This document shows positions 9,639 through 19,092 of a DNA stretch of 64,000 bases, piece after piece. The translations under genes were made by a program, and so were the position numbers. The stretch covers positions 5,918 through 69,917 of the forward strand of contig CAXTRT010000019.1 in assembly GCA_964246835.1 (NCBI GenBank). Direction: 5' to 3'. Origin of the DNA: an uncultured Acidobacteriaceae bacterium (lineage in GTDB: Bacteria; Acidobacteriota; Terriglobia; Terriglobales; Acidobacteriaceae). Every line of letters starts with the position of its first letter. Positions within the stretch are counted from its first letter, which is position 1. The notes beneath the pieces were generated by a model that was not told the DNA's origin, did no database searches, and saw only the letters and a list, made by a program, of their open reading frames with translations.

Positions 9639-11555
9639 CTATAGGGAATCCGCGTTCCTGCCCCCGCCAGTCCTACCCAACTCATCCCGCTCCGCCACAT
9701 ACGCCCGCCAGATCCCCTCAGCCACACTCTCCCCCTCCACTGCCGCCCCGCTCGTCGCTGCGGCAATCGCCTCGAGCGCCGCCTTCGGGCTCCGGTCCGC
9801 GTACAGCAGCCCATTTGCCTCCTGGTATGTATCCGTCAGCTGCGTGTAGCAGAAGCCCGCCAGCGCCGGCAGGTTCCGCACCACGCTCAGCAGCGCCCGG
9901 TAGCGCTCCAGCAGCTGCTCCGCCGTCTGTGAGCGCGAGTACCCCCACGTCGCCTGCTCCTTGCTCAGCGCGATGCCGCCAAACTCCGTCAGCACAATCG
10001 GGTGCGCCTGCTGCCCGTCGCCCCTGCCCAGCAGTAGCAGCCTCCCGCCCGGCCGCTCTCGCCGCAGCAGCTTGGCCTCAATGCCATCAATCCCGTACCG
10101 CTGCCCGATCCGCTCTGGCTCGTCATCGTAGTCATGGATGCCCAGCAGGTCAGTCGCTACGCTCTCCCATCCATCGTTGCCCACCACCGGCCGGCTCGGG
10201 TCCAGCGTCTTTGTCAGGTGGTAGAGCGCCTGCACATAGTGCCGCTGCGCCTGGCTCTCCGGCAAGTTCGGCACACCCCAGCTCTCGTTGAACGGCACCC
10301 ACGCCACAATGCAGGGATGGCTGCGATCCCGGTGCAGCACCTCCTGCCACTCCCGCGTCAGCCGCTGAATCGACCGTATCGTGTAGCGATACGCGCTCGG
10401 CATCTCCTCCCACACCAGCAGACCCAGCCGGTCCGCCCAGTAGAGGTACCGCGCGCTCTCGATCTTCTGGTGCTTGCGCACGCCATTGAATCCAAGCCGC
10501 TTGGTCAGCAGAATATCCGCCGCCAGCGCATCGTCGTCTGGAGCCGTCAGTCCTGTCTTCGGCCAATACCCCTGGTCCAACACCAGCCGCAGCGGAAACG
10601 GCCGCCCGTTCAGCACAAATCGGTCGCCCTGTACCGCTACATCGCGCAGCGCCGTGTAGCTCTCCACCCGGTCCAGCAGCGTGCCCGCTTCGTCGCGCAG
10701 CTCCATAACCACGTCAATCAGCGTCGGCGAGGCCGGCGACCATAACAGCGTGTTGCGAAAATCATCGATCCCCGGATCCGATAGCGCAATCTGCCGGTGC
10801 ACCTCATCCGCAATCACTTGGTACGTGTCGTTCGCCAGCAGCTGCCCGCCCGCTTGCAGCCTCACGTTCAGCTGTAAGCTTCCGCTAGTCGCCCGGTCAT
10901 GCCGCTGCTCGATATGCGCCTCGATGCCAATCTCCCACCGCTCCAGGCTCGCCGTCCATTGCACCGACCGGATATGCGTGCACGGCACCCTCTCCAGCCA
11001 CACCGTCTGCCAGATCCCCGTCGTCCGCGGATACCAGATCGAGTGCGGCTCGAGCAGCCAGTCCTGCTTGCCGCGCGGCTTCGCCAGGTCTGCCGCGTTA
11101 TCCTCCGCACGCACCACCAGTTCCTGCACCGCGCCCTCAATCAGCGCATGCGTGATGTCCATATGAAACGGCGTATACCCGCCATAGTGTGAGCCCACGT
11201 GCGTCCCGTTCACCCATACCGTCGTGGCAAAGTCCACCGCCTCAAAGTGCAGCAGCAACCGATCGTCGGACTCGGCACCGGAGCCGCCCGTCAGCGGTGT
11301 CTGCTCCCATGTGCGTCGATACCACACCGAACTGTAGAACCCTGTATCGTCAACTCCGCTCGCCTCCGTCTCCGGGCTGAACGGAACCTCGATCGTGCAC
11401 TCCCAAGTCACCTGCGTCGGGTGCTCGCAGACCGCCTCACGCCCCTTTGAAAACTGCCACGTCCCGTTCAGCGATCGCCACTGCTTACGCCGCATCTGCG
11501 GTCGCGGATACGCGTCCATACGCGGCAGCGTGGATCCCGGTTTCGATGCGGTCAT
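9639..11555 (-). CDS. glycoside hydrolase family 2 protein (beta-galactosidase/glucuronidase-like), cytoplasmic
   Basis: SLNGTWQF N-domain and a TIM barrel with the WVPFNESWG acid/base motif. ATG 11555 is preferred to the track start (TTG 11576) because GAGGAGAGGG lies 7 nt upstream of it. No signal peptide. Confidence 0.85.
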   Translation of the reverse strand: MTASKPGSTLPRMDAYPRPQMRRKQWRSLNGTWQFSKGREAVCEHPTQVTWECTIEVPFSPETEASGVDDTGFYSSVWYRRTWEQTPLTGGSGAESDDRLLLHFEAVDFATTVWVNGTHVGSHYGGYTPFHMDITHALIEGAVQELVVRAEDNAADLAKPRGKQDWLLEPHSIWYPRTTGIWQTVWLERVPCTHIRSVQWTASLERWEIGIEAHIEQRHDRATSGSLQLNVRLQAGGQLLANDTYQVIADEVHRQIALSDPGIDDFRNTLLWSPASPTLIDVVMELRDEAGTLLDRVESYTALRDVAVQGDRFVLNGRPFPLRLVLDQGYWPKTGLTAPDDDALAADILLTKRLGFNGVRKHQKIESARYLYWADRLGLLVWEEMPSAYRYTIRSIQRLTREWQEVLHRDRSHPCIVAWVPFNESWGVPNLPESQAQRHYVQALYHLTKTLDPSRPVVGNDGWESVATDLLGIHDYDDEPERIGQRYGIDGIEAKLLRRERPGGRLLLLGRGDGQQAHPIVLTEFGGIALSKEQATWGYSRSQTAEQLLERYRALLSVVRNLPALAGFCYTQLTDTYQEANGLLYADRSPKAALEAIAAATSGAAVEGESVAEGIWRAYVAERDELGRTGGGRNADSL

Positions 11556-11611
11556 TAGCAGGCCCTCTCCTCGCAATCAAGCACTGCCCCTATCGTAGCG
11601 GCTGCATGCCT

Positions 11612-13276
11612 CTACTGCGCAGCACCCTCAAAGCTGACTCTGTAGACGGCCGCGTACTTGCCCGGCTCCGCCGTCGGACCTTCCAGGTGCAAACCCGCCG
11701 CATCCTGCAGGAACCCGACCTTCGCCTCCGATCCCAGCAGCGTAACCCCACTCACGCGTCGCATTCCGGTCACTCCGTTCCCCAGCGCATAGATCACTGC
11801 CTTTCCGTCCGCCGGCCGAGCCATCTCAATCGCATACAGCACGCCCGCCTTCGTCGTAAACCGGAAGTCTTGCGCCGTGTACGGTACCGTATCCGTGTCA
11901 TGAAACGACCCCGCCTGCACCTGAGTTGGCCCTTCGCCAAAGCTCGTCCACGGCCGCGTTCCGTAGATCGCCTCCCCATTCACCTTCAGCCAGCCGCCGA
12001 CATCCAGCAGCACCTGCTGCACCCCCTGCGGAATCGTGCCGTCCGCCCGCGGCCCAATGTTCATCAACAGATTCCCGTTTTTGCTCACTACGTCCGCCAG
12101 CTGCTGCACAATAAACGCCGGCGTCTTATACGTCTCGTTCTCGATGTACCCCCAAGACTTGTTCCCCACGGAGGTATCCGTCTGCCAGGTTATCGGCAGG
12201 ATCCCCGGAGCCTGCCCGCGTTCGATGTCCAGCACGCCCGACCCTTTCTCCATGTCCATCAGCTTGTAGTTGATAATCCCGACCGGCCCGCGCTTCGAGC
12301 TCTCGTTGTAGTAGTACGCCGCAAACTGCGCCAGGTATGGCCGCACACTCGGCTGCCCGATCCACCAGTCGAAGAAGATCAGCTCCGGCTGGTACTTCCG
12401 CACAATCTCCGCATTCCGCGCTACCCAGTCCTCCGCATAGGCCTGACTCACATACGTCCCGTCGTCTGCCAGGCTGTCCGGTGCGCCCCGCTGCTCCAGG
12501 TGCGCCGGCCCATAAAACGCCGCATACTTCGGGTCGTTCACGTCCGAGTTCTGCTTTCGCCCGCCATCTAGAAACCAGTCATGCTCGATCCGGTGCGACG
12601 ACGCCCCAAGATGCAGCCCCTCCGCCCGTACCGCCTTCGCCAGATCGCCCGCAACATCCCGATGCGGTCCCATCTTCTTCGCCGTCCAGTCCGAAAGATC
12701 GCTGTCGTACATGGCAAACCCGTCATGGTGCTCGAACACCGGCACGATATACCGCGCGCCAGAGTCCTTGAACAGCCGCGCCCACGCCGCCGGATCAAAC
12801 TTCTCCGCCTTGAACATCGGCACGAAGTCTTTGTAACCAAACTTGGTCACTGGCCCGTACGTCGCAACATGGTGCTTGTTCATCTGCGATCCTTCGAGGT
12901 ACATCTCCCGTGGGTACCACTCGCTCCCGAACGCCGGCACCGAGTACACGCCCCAGTGAATGAAGATCCCGAACTTCGCGTCCTTGTACCACTCCGGCGT
13001 TTCATAGCCCGCCAGCGACTCCCAATCCGGCCGAAACGGCCCCGCGGACGAAACCTTCCGCACATCGGCCAAAATCTCCTTGCGCTTCGCGTCATACTTT
13101 GCGCTCGCGCTCCGCCAGGCCTCATCGATCGCCACCGGCGACTGCGTGTCACTACGCCGCTCCGCGGCCGCTCCCTGGGCCCCTGCGGAGACCGTAAACC
13201 AACCTGCGAGCAGGAATGCCACGGCCGCAGCTGCCAGACTGTCTCTGCGCCGTACGTAAAGCTTATCTCGTCGCAT
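11612..13276 (-). CDS. alpha-L-fucosidase (GH29), secreted
   Basis: Signal peptide AVAFLLAGWFTVSAGAQG and GH29 core FGIFIHWGVYSVPAFGSEWY...YIVPVFEHHDGFAMYDS. ATG 13276 (GGAG 6 nt upstream) or GTG 13279. Confidence 0.9.
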   Translation of the reverse strand: MRRDKLYVRRRDSLAAAAVAFLLAGWFTVSAGAQGAAAERRSDTQSPVAIDEAWRSASAKYDAKRKEILADVRKVSSAGPFRPDWESLAGYETPEWYKDAKFGIFIHWGVYSVPAFGSEWYPREMYLEGSQMNKHHVATYGPVTKFGYKDFVPMFKAEKFDPAAWARLFKDSGARYIVPVFEHHDGFAMYDSDLSDWTAKKMGPHRDVAGDLAKAVRAEGLHLGASSHRIEHDWFLDGGRKQNSDVNDPKYAAFYGPAHLEQRGAPDSLADDGTYVSQAYAEDWVARNAEIVRKYQPELIFFDWWIGQPSVRPYLAQFAAYYYNESSKRGPVGIINYKLMDMEKGSGVLDIERGQAPGILPITWQTDTSVGNKSWGYIENETYKTPAFIVQQLADVVSKNGNLLMNIGPRADGTIPQGVQQVLLDVGGWLKVNGEAIYGTRPWTSFGEGPTQVQAGSFHDTDTVPYTAQDFRFTTKAGVLYAIEMARPADGKAVIYALGNGVTGMRRVSGVTLLGSEAKVGFLQDAAGLHLEGPTAEPGKYAAVYRVSFEGAAQ

Positions 13277-13355
13277 CACTCACTCCGTCTCCTTAGCTGT
13301 CATTCCAACCCATGAGCTTGCCGACGGCGACGTACCTGCCATTGCCTTTCTTGGT

Positions 13356-13394
13356 TGTCATTCTGAGCGCAGCGAAGAACCTCCGTATTTCGCC
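13356..13394 (-). repeat. dispersed intergenic repeat, family 1 (core TTCGCTGCGCTCAGAATGACA), inverted copy
   Basis: Plus strand reads TGTCATTCTGAGCGCAGCGAAGAACCTCCGTATTTCGCC. This is the reverse complement of the motif at 56611-56648 and of the other copies. It lies in the divergent GH29/GH29 promoter region. Confidence 0.85.
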
Positions 13395-13639
13395 TTGAGT
13401 CGCGGACACCAAGTGTAGACGAACGGAGACGTTTTTCTGTCGTCGAAGCCCACGGCAATCGTCTCTGCGCGCTTGACTACACCGGTCCGGACCTGCCCTG
13501 TACAGTCAATCCCCGGAAGCAATCGCGCGCGCAAGCAGACGGATCGGCTCCCACAGGCGTGCTACCGTGGCTGAGCTTGCACCAGGAGCAACCAGCGTCT
13601 CGGCCGCACTCTCACCTATCGCCGCCTATAGGAGCCCCT

Positions 13640-15034
13640 ATGTTCACCCGCATCGCTACTCTCCTCCCGCTCGCCCTCGCGGCTACAGTCTCCTTAGCCC
13701 AGGCCGCGACGCACTACCAGCCCACCCTCGAGTCTCTCGACACCCATCCTCTCCCGGCCTGGTACGCCGACGCCAAGCTCGGCATCTTCGTCCATTGGGG
13801 TCTCTATTCCGTCCCCGGCTGGGCCCCGCTCCAGCACCCCGGCCATGACTTCACCAACGAGGATTACATCGTCAACAATCCCTACGCCGAGTGGTACCTG
13901 AACGTCATGCGCATCCCCGGCTCGCCCACCCAGGCCTACCAGCAGCAGCACTTCAACGGCGCCAACTACTACGACTTCACCGCCACCTTCGACGAGCAGT
14001 CCGCCAAGTGGTCGCCCGACGCCTGGGCCAAGACCTTCCACGACGCCGGCGCCCGCTACGTCGTTCTCACCACCAAGCATCACGACGGCTTCGCCCTCTG
14101 GCCCACGCAGGTCGTCAACCCTAACCAGAAACATCTCAGCGCCAAACGCGACATCGTCGGCGATCTCACTGCCAGCGTCCAGCGAGCCGGCCTGAAGATG
14201 GGCCTCTACTACTCCGGTGGCTACGACTGGACCTTCAATCGCGGCCCCATTGAGGTCTCCGCGGACTACGAGGCGGTCAAACCGCAGACCCACGCCTACG
14301 GCCTCTACGCCGACGCCCAGATCAAGGAGCTCATCGCCCGCTATCACCCCGCCATTCTTTGGAACGACATCGACTGGCCGAAGTCCGGCAACGCCCTGCA
14401 GGTCATGGCCGATTACTACAACGCCGTCCCCGATGGCGTCATCGACGATCGCTTCGGCATCAAGCACGCCGACTTCACCTCGCCCGAGTACGCCAAACTC
14501 GACCACATCAGCGAGAAGAAGTGGGAGGAGTGCCGCGGCCTCGGCAGATCCTTCGGCTACAACCGCGCCGAAGGCGAAGCCGAAACCATTGCCCCAGCCG
14601 AGCTCATCACGCTGCTCGTCGATATCGTCAGCAAAAACGGCAACCTCCTGCTTGATGTCGGCCCTGAAGCCGACGGCACCATTCCCGCCGTTCAGGTGAA
14701 TCGACTCAACAAGCTCGGTGCATGGCTCAAACAGAACGGCGACGCTATCTATGGCACGGCTCCCTGGACCCGCGCCGATGGCAAGACGGCCGACGGCATC
14801 GATCTTCGCTTCACCCGCAAGGGCTCAAAGCTCTATGCCATCCTGCTCGCCAAACCTGCCGGCCGCAGCGTCACCCTCGTCGACGTAGCCGCCCGCCCCG
14901 GCGCACCAGTTCGTCTCCTCGGCAGTAACGCCAAACTCCATGGCTCCGCCGTCGGCAAAGATCTTAAGGTCGATCTTCCAACATCGCTCCCCGGCAGCTA
15001 CGCCTTCGTCCTCGAACTTGAATCCACCTCCTGA
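13640..15034 (+). CDS. alpha-L-fucosidase (GH29), secreted
   Basis: ATG 13640 with GGAG 5 nt upstream gives MFTRIATLLPLALAATVSLAQA (signal peptide). GH29 core GIFVHWGLYSVPGWAP...YVVLTTKHHDGFALWPT. The upstream part of the track ORF (13559) lacks an RBS. Confidence 0.9.
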   Translation: MFTRIATLLPLALAATVSLAQAATHYQPTLESLDTHPLPAWYADAKLGIFVHWGLYSVPGWAPLQHPGHDFTNEDYIVNNPYAEWYLNVMRIPGSPTQAYQQQHFNGANYYDFTATFDEQSAKWSPDAWAKTFHDAGARYVVLTTKHHDGFALWPTQVVNPNQKHLSAKRDIVGDLTASVQRAGLKMGLYYSGGYDWTFNRGPIEVSADYEAVKPQTHAYGLYADAQIKELIARYHPAILWNDIDWPKSGNALQVMADYYNAVPDGVIDDRFGIKHADFTSPEYAKLDHISEKKWEECRGLGRSFGYNRAEGEAETIAPAELITLLVDIVSKNGNLLLDVGPEADGTIPAVQVNRLNKLGAWLKQNGDAIYGTAPWTRADGKTADGIDLRFTRKGSKLYAILLAKPAGRSVTLVDVAARPGAPVRLLGSNAKLHGSAVGKDLKVDLPTSLPGSYAFVLELESTS

Positions 15035-15214
15035 TCGTCCGACCACCTAACCTAATCCTCAAGTCGAAGCCTCGCCGACTTCCACTCGATGCCGACGAGA
15101 TCGCCTCTCTATGCATCTCATCACTATCACGTTCTTGTTTTCGTCTTTCCTCCGCGTACCTTGCGACCTCCGCGGTTCTGTCCTTCTTTTATCTTTCCAC
15201 CGCCAGGAGGCCCC

Positions 15215-16990
15215 GTGCCCGAAATCGCCGCAGAGCCGAGTCAAACCGCTGACCGCCGCACTCCTCCCACCGACCCCATTACCGCTGCTCAGCATTTTGC
15301 TGACGAGCTATCTTCCCGCCCTCCCACCATCGCCGCGCCGGTCGCCGAGCTCCAGCAACTTGGCCGTCTGGGCCTCCTCACAGCCCCGCTTCCCCGCGCA
15401 AACGGCGGCTTGGGCCTCGGCACTGAACCCGGCAACCACCTCACCCTCCTCCGCGTCCTCGCCCTCATCGGGGGCGCCAATCTCGCCCTTGGCCGCCTCT
15501 ACGAGGGCCACGTCAACGCCCTCATCCTCATCGCCGCCTTCGGCTCCACCGCGCAACTAGATCGCGCCGCAGAGGACGCACACGCCGGCCTCGTCTTTGG
15601 CGTCTGGAACACCGGCAGCACCGAGCTCCTCCGGCTCAGCCCGCAAGGCGCCCGCTTCCGCTTTACCGGAAACAAGACCTTCGCCACCGGAGCCGCCTTC
15701 GTCCAGCGGCCCATCATCACCGCAGAGCTCACCAACGCCGGCTGGCAGATGACCATGCCCCGCATGGAAACGCCCTCCGTCGCGAACGCCATTGTCCTCG
15801 ATCGCGACTCCTGGCATCCCCTCGGCATGGAGACCTCCGAAAGCTTTGGCATCGATCTCACCGGCGCTCTCATTGACCATGACGACCTCCTTGGCGCTCC
15901 CGGCGACTTCTATCGCGACCCGCTCTTTCGCGGTGGCGCCATCCGGTTTGCCGCCGTCCAGGCCGGAGCTATCCTCCGCCTCCACCATCTGTTCGTCGAA
16001 TGGTTACAATCCCGCAATCGAACCGACGATCCCTACCAGATCGCACGCCTCGGCGAGATAACCCTCGGCGCGCAAGAGGCCACACTCTGGATCGAACGTG
16101 CCGCCAACTTCGCCGAGTCCGGCCTCTCGCTTACAGCCGACAAGCTCGCAACCGAGCGCATGGTCGCCTGCGCCAACATGACCCGTCTCGCCATCGAGCG
16201 CATCGCCACCCCGCTCATGCAGCGCATCATCGCCGGCATCGGCGCTCACGGCCTGCTGCAGCCGCACCCCTTCGAGCGCATCCTTCGCAACCTCACCATG
16301 TACCTTCGCCAGCCCGCCCCCGACCAGACCCTCGCCGACGTCGGCCGCGCCTCCATCCGCAACAGCCATCTCCGCTCTACCAGCACCGAGAGCGACCTCT
16401 GGAGCCACACCGGCTCTAGTGGCTCCCTCCCACCCTCCTACTTCGACGACGTCTACGCCGCCTCACCCGACCCGTGGAACTTCGAGACCAGCGACTACGA
16501 GGCCCGCAAGTATCAGGACACCCTCGCCCATCTCCCGCGGCCCCGCTATCGCAACGTCCTTGAGATTGGCTGCTCCATCGGCGTCCTCACCCGCCAGCTC
16601 GCCGGCCGCTGCGATGCCCTTCTCAGCATTGATGTCTCCGAGCGTGCCCTCGAGATCGCACGCACCCGCTGCGCCGATCTTTCCCACGTCCACTTTTCCC
16701 AAATGCATATCCCCAAAGAGATGCCCGACGGCTGCTTCGATCTCATCGTCCTCTCCGAGGTCGGCTACTACTGGCAGCGCGAAGATCTCGAGCGCACCGC
16801 CAGCCTCCTCGCGGCACGCCAGCCAGCTGGCGGCCAGCTCCTCCTCGTCCACTACACACCCGTCGTTCCCGACTACCCACTCACCGGCGATCAGGTGCAC
16901 GCGATCCTGCTCGCGCGCGCCGAGTGGCGTTTCCTTGACCGCACTCGCACCGATCACTACCGCCTCGATCTTCTCGAGCGCTGTTACTAA
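15215..16990 (+). CDS. fusion protein: acyl-CoA dehydrogenase-like domain + NodS-like SAM-dependent methyltransferase
   Basis: GTG 15215 with AGGAGG 4 nt upstream. The N-terminal ~400 aa have ACAD-like alpha/beta/alpha organisation (LGRLYEGHVNA, VWNTGS, GNKTFATGA, RFAAVQAG). The C-terminal ~170 aa, DPWNFETSDYEARKY...VLEIGCSIGVLTRQLAGRC..LLSIDVS..A...FDLIVLSEVGYYW...GGQLLLVH, align by eye with NodS. Confidence 0.75.
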   Translation: MPEIAAEPSQTADRRTPPTDPITAAQHFADELSSRPPTIAAPVAELQQLGRLGLLTAPLPRANGGLGLGTEPGNHLTLLRVLALIGGANLALGRLYEGHVNALILIAAFGSTAQLDRAAEDAHAGLVFGVWNTGSTELLRLSPQGARFRFTGNKTFATGAAFVQRPIITAELTNAGWQMTMPRMETPSVANAIVLDRDSWHPLGMETSESFGIDLTGALIDHDDLLGAPGDFYRDPLFRGGAIRFAAVQAGAILRLHHLFVEWLQSRNRTDDPYQIARLGEITLGAQEATLWIERAANFAESGLSLTADKLATERMVACANMTRLAIERIATPLMQRIIAGIGAHGLLQPHPFERILRNLTMYLRQPAPDQTLADVGRASIRNSHLRSTSTESDLWSHTGSSGSLPPSYFDDVYAASPDPWNFETSDYEARKYQDTLAHLPRPRYRNVLEIGCSIGVLTRQLAGRCDALLSIDVSERALEIARTRCADLSHVHFSQMHIPKEMPDGCFDLIVLSEVGYYWQREDLERTASLLAARQPAGGQLLLVHYTPVVPDYPLTGDQVHAILLARAEWRFLDRTRTDHYRLDLLERCY

Positions 16991-16999
16991 ACAAGCCGG

Positions 17000-18205
17000 C
17001 TACTTGGTTGTCACCCCACAGGAATCTGCTGTTACCTCAACGTGTGGCGTCGCCGGCGCATCCGCGGTGTCCAAGCGCCTCGCCCGTTCCTTCGCAATCA
17101 TCACCGCAATTGACTCATTCACCTCTCTCACGCGTCCCTCGCGCTCTCCTCGAAACGACTCTCCGATCAGCCGGTCGCAGTCCACAGCAGCCAGAAATTC
17201 CCCCAGCCCTCCGGATTGGATTCGTTCCCCAAGCATCCTCGTCCGCCACTCCGTGGAGTACTTGAAGACATATGTAACATCGCCGGTAGCATAAAATGTT
17301 CGCAGCTGTCGCAGCGTTCGAAATCGGTGCCGCAACCACTCCGCCGAAAGCACCCGGTGCTCCATACCTTCCTCGTGCATCCGTTGCCAGCAGCGCAGCT
17401 GCCCTGCCAGCCCCGTCGCAATCCGTCCATCCAGCCGCGCCGACGTGTACACCACCACCGCCGGCTCATGCCGCAGCCGCGCATCGACTCGCCGCAATCG
17501 ATCCACAAACGCCACGTCCTCCAGCTCCGCCAGCGCCGGCATGCCACCGGCGCGCGCATACATCTCCGGTGTACACCCAAACGACGCCCCGAAGTGCTCC
17601 AGGTGCCTCGGCCACGCATCCCCAATCTGCGGATCGAAAAGATCCTCCATCTCTGCCACAAGATACTGATACTCCCGATCGCTCCGGTACGCCTTCCGCA
17701 CCGCATACGGAAGTGACTCGTAATCATTACAATTCAACCGGATCTCTCCGCCCACCGCATCCGCGCCTCTGTCCATCGCAGAAAGATTCTGCGCGATCCA
17801 GTCCGGAGTCGCATAGCTATCAGAGTCCGTCGAAAGAATCGCGCATGTCTCCAGACATGCTGCCAAGCGCGCCCACGCTGTATCCATCAGTAGCCGCCGC
17901 ACTGTGCCGATGTGCGCCGTCTCTTGCGGCAGCTCCCGCTCGCAGCAGAAGAGCCGCACCTCTGGATGCATCCGCTGCCACGCCTGCGCCACCGCCGCCG
18001 ACCCATCCGTACAGTTGTTCAGCAATAATAAAATCTCAAAGCTCGACCTCGCCAGCGGCCTTCCCGCGAGATCCACCTGCGCAGCCAACGCATCGAGCGT
18101 CGCCGCCAGCGAGGCTTCTTCGTTCCGTACAGGCAACGCCACCACCGCTCTGCATCGTGGATCCGCTGCGCCCCCTACCAGAACCTCCTCCGGCACAAAT
18201 CTCAT
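17000..18205 (-). CDS. glycosyltransferase family 2
   Basis: VVALPVRNEEASLAATLDAL, ILLLLNNCTDGS, DxD-like STDSDS. ATG 18205 forms an ATGA overlap with the PIG-L stop (18202-18204), so it is preferred to the track start 18244. Confidence 0.8.
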   Translation of the reverse strand: MRFVPEEVLVGGAADPRCRAVVALPVRNEEASLAATLDALAAQVDLAGRPLARSSFEILLLLNNCTDGSAAVAQAWQRMHPEVRLFCCERELPQETAHIGTVRRLLMDTAWARLAACLETCAILSTDSDSYATPDWIAQNLSAMDRGADAVGGEIRLNCNDYESLPYAVRKAYRSDREYQYLVAEMEDLFDPQIGDAWPRHLEHFGASFGCTPEMYARAGGMPALAELEDVAFVDRLRRVDARLRHEPAVVVYTSARLDGRIATGLAGQLRCWQRMHEEGMEHRVLSAEWLRHRFRTLRQLRTFYATGDVTYVFKYSTEWRTRMLGERIQSGGLGEFLAAVDCDRLIGESFRGEREGRVREVNESIAVMIAKERARRLDTADAPATPHVEVTADSCGVTTK

Positions 18206-19050
18206 CGCGGCCCACCGCCTGACTTCAAGTCCGACGCACACCACGCCGCGTTTCCCCAGAGCCGCTCCCGCCCCCCATACCGCACGCAGAACTCCGCTAT
18301 CTGATCGGCTACGTCATCCACGATCTGTGAGTCATAGCACAGCGCCAACCGCCGTTTCCGTGCCACTGCCGTCTCATCGGTGTCTTCACTGGTAACAAAT
18401 ATGGGCTGCAGCTGCTCGCCTACCGCGGCCGCCATTGCTTCTATCGTCTCCACAGTCCCGATCCGCGCCGCATACGGCAGATCCTCGTAGAACGCCATCG
18501 GCATCTCCGCCGGCTGCTCAGAGGTCAGCATCGCCTCACGTACGGTCCTGTGGTCCACATGCGATCCCATCGCCAACGGAAGGACCAGCGCATCTCCACC
18601 CAGTGCCGCGACCGCCTTCGGCACCTTCATCATCGCTTTGTCCTCAGGATTCACCCGCAGCGCGCAAATTTGCTCCAGCCCCACATGCAAACGCAGCGGC
18701 GCATCCTTCATGTTCAGATCGGTCATCCTTAGCGTGCGGGTGCCGTACATTTTCTGCCAGCTCTGGTCCTCCCGCAGCCGCAGCGCTGTCACACGCAGCA
18801 ATCGATCGTTTGAGTGAATAAACTCGAACTCCGCATGAGGGGCGTAGTCGCTCCGCGTAAAGCAGTTCACAACGTCCACGGTATGGCCCGCATCCAGCCA
18901 CGTACCGATACTTAGCCCCAGCGAAAAAGCCGCGTCATCCCGATGCGGTGACAGCACAACAATCTTCAAGCTGTATATCTCCAGAGGGCCCGCGATTCTT
19001 CTATCTGCATCGCGTAGCCCAGCTACATTGGAGTGCTGCATCGCGCGCAA
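18202..19050 (-). CDS. PIG-L/LmbE family N-acetylglucosaminyl deacetylase
   Basis: KIVVLSPHRDDAAFSLG and GSHVDHRTV, the metal-binding motifs of the family. Start uncertain: TTG 19050, ATG 19041, or TTG 18969 (MKIVVLSPH, GGAG 9 nt upstream). Confidence 0.8.
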   Translation of the reverse strand: MRAMQHSNVAGLRDADRRIAGPLEIYSLKIVVLSPHRDDAAFSLGLSIGTWLDAGHTVDVVNCFTRSDYAPHAEFEFIHSNDRLLRVTALRLREDQSWQKMYGTRTLRMTDLNMKDAPLRLHVGLEQICALRVNPEDKAMMKVPKAVAALGGDALVLPLAMGSHVDHRTVREAMLTSEQPAEMPMAFYEDLPYAARIGTVETIEAMAAAVGEQLQPIFVTSEDTDETAVARKRRLALCYDSQIVDDVADQIAEFCVRYGGRERLWGNAAWCASDLKSGGGPR

Positions 19051-19092
19051 GGTGGTATGTAGCTATAAACCAAACCTGCACGCTCTCTATAA

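Noticed and set aside
13431-13442. 12-mer ACGTTTTTCTGT shared with the LacI-type operator candidate region at 45738-45749
   Set aside because: A single shared 12-mer is expected by chance many times in 64 kb on two strands. The copy at 13431 also lacks the AAAACGTTTT palindrome.
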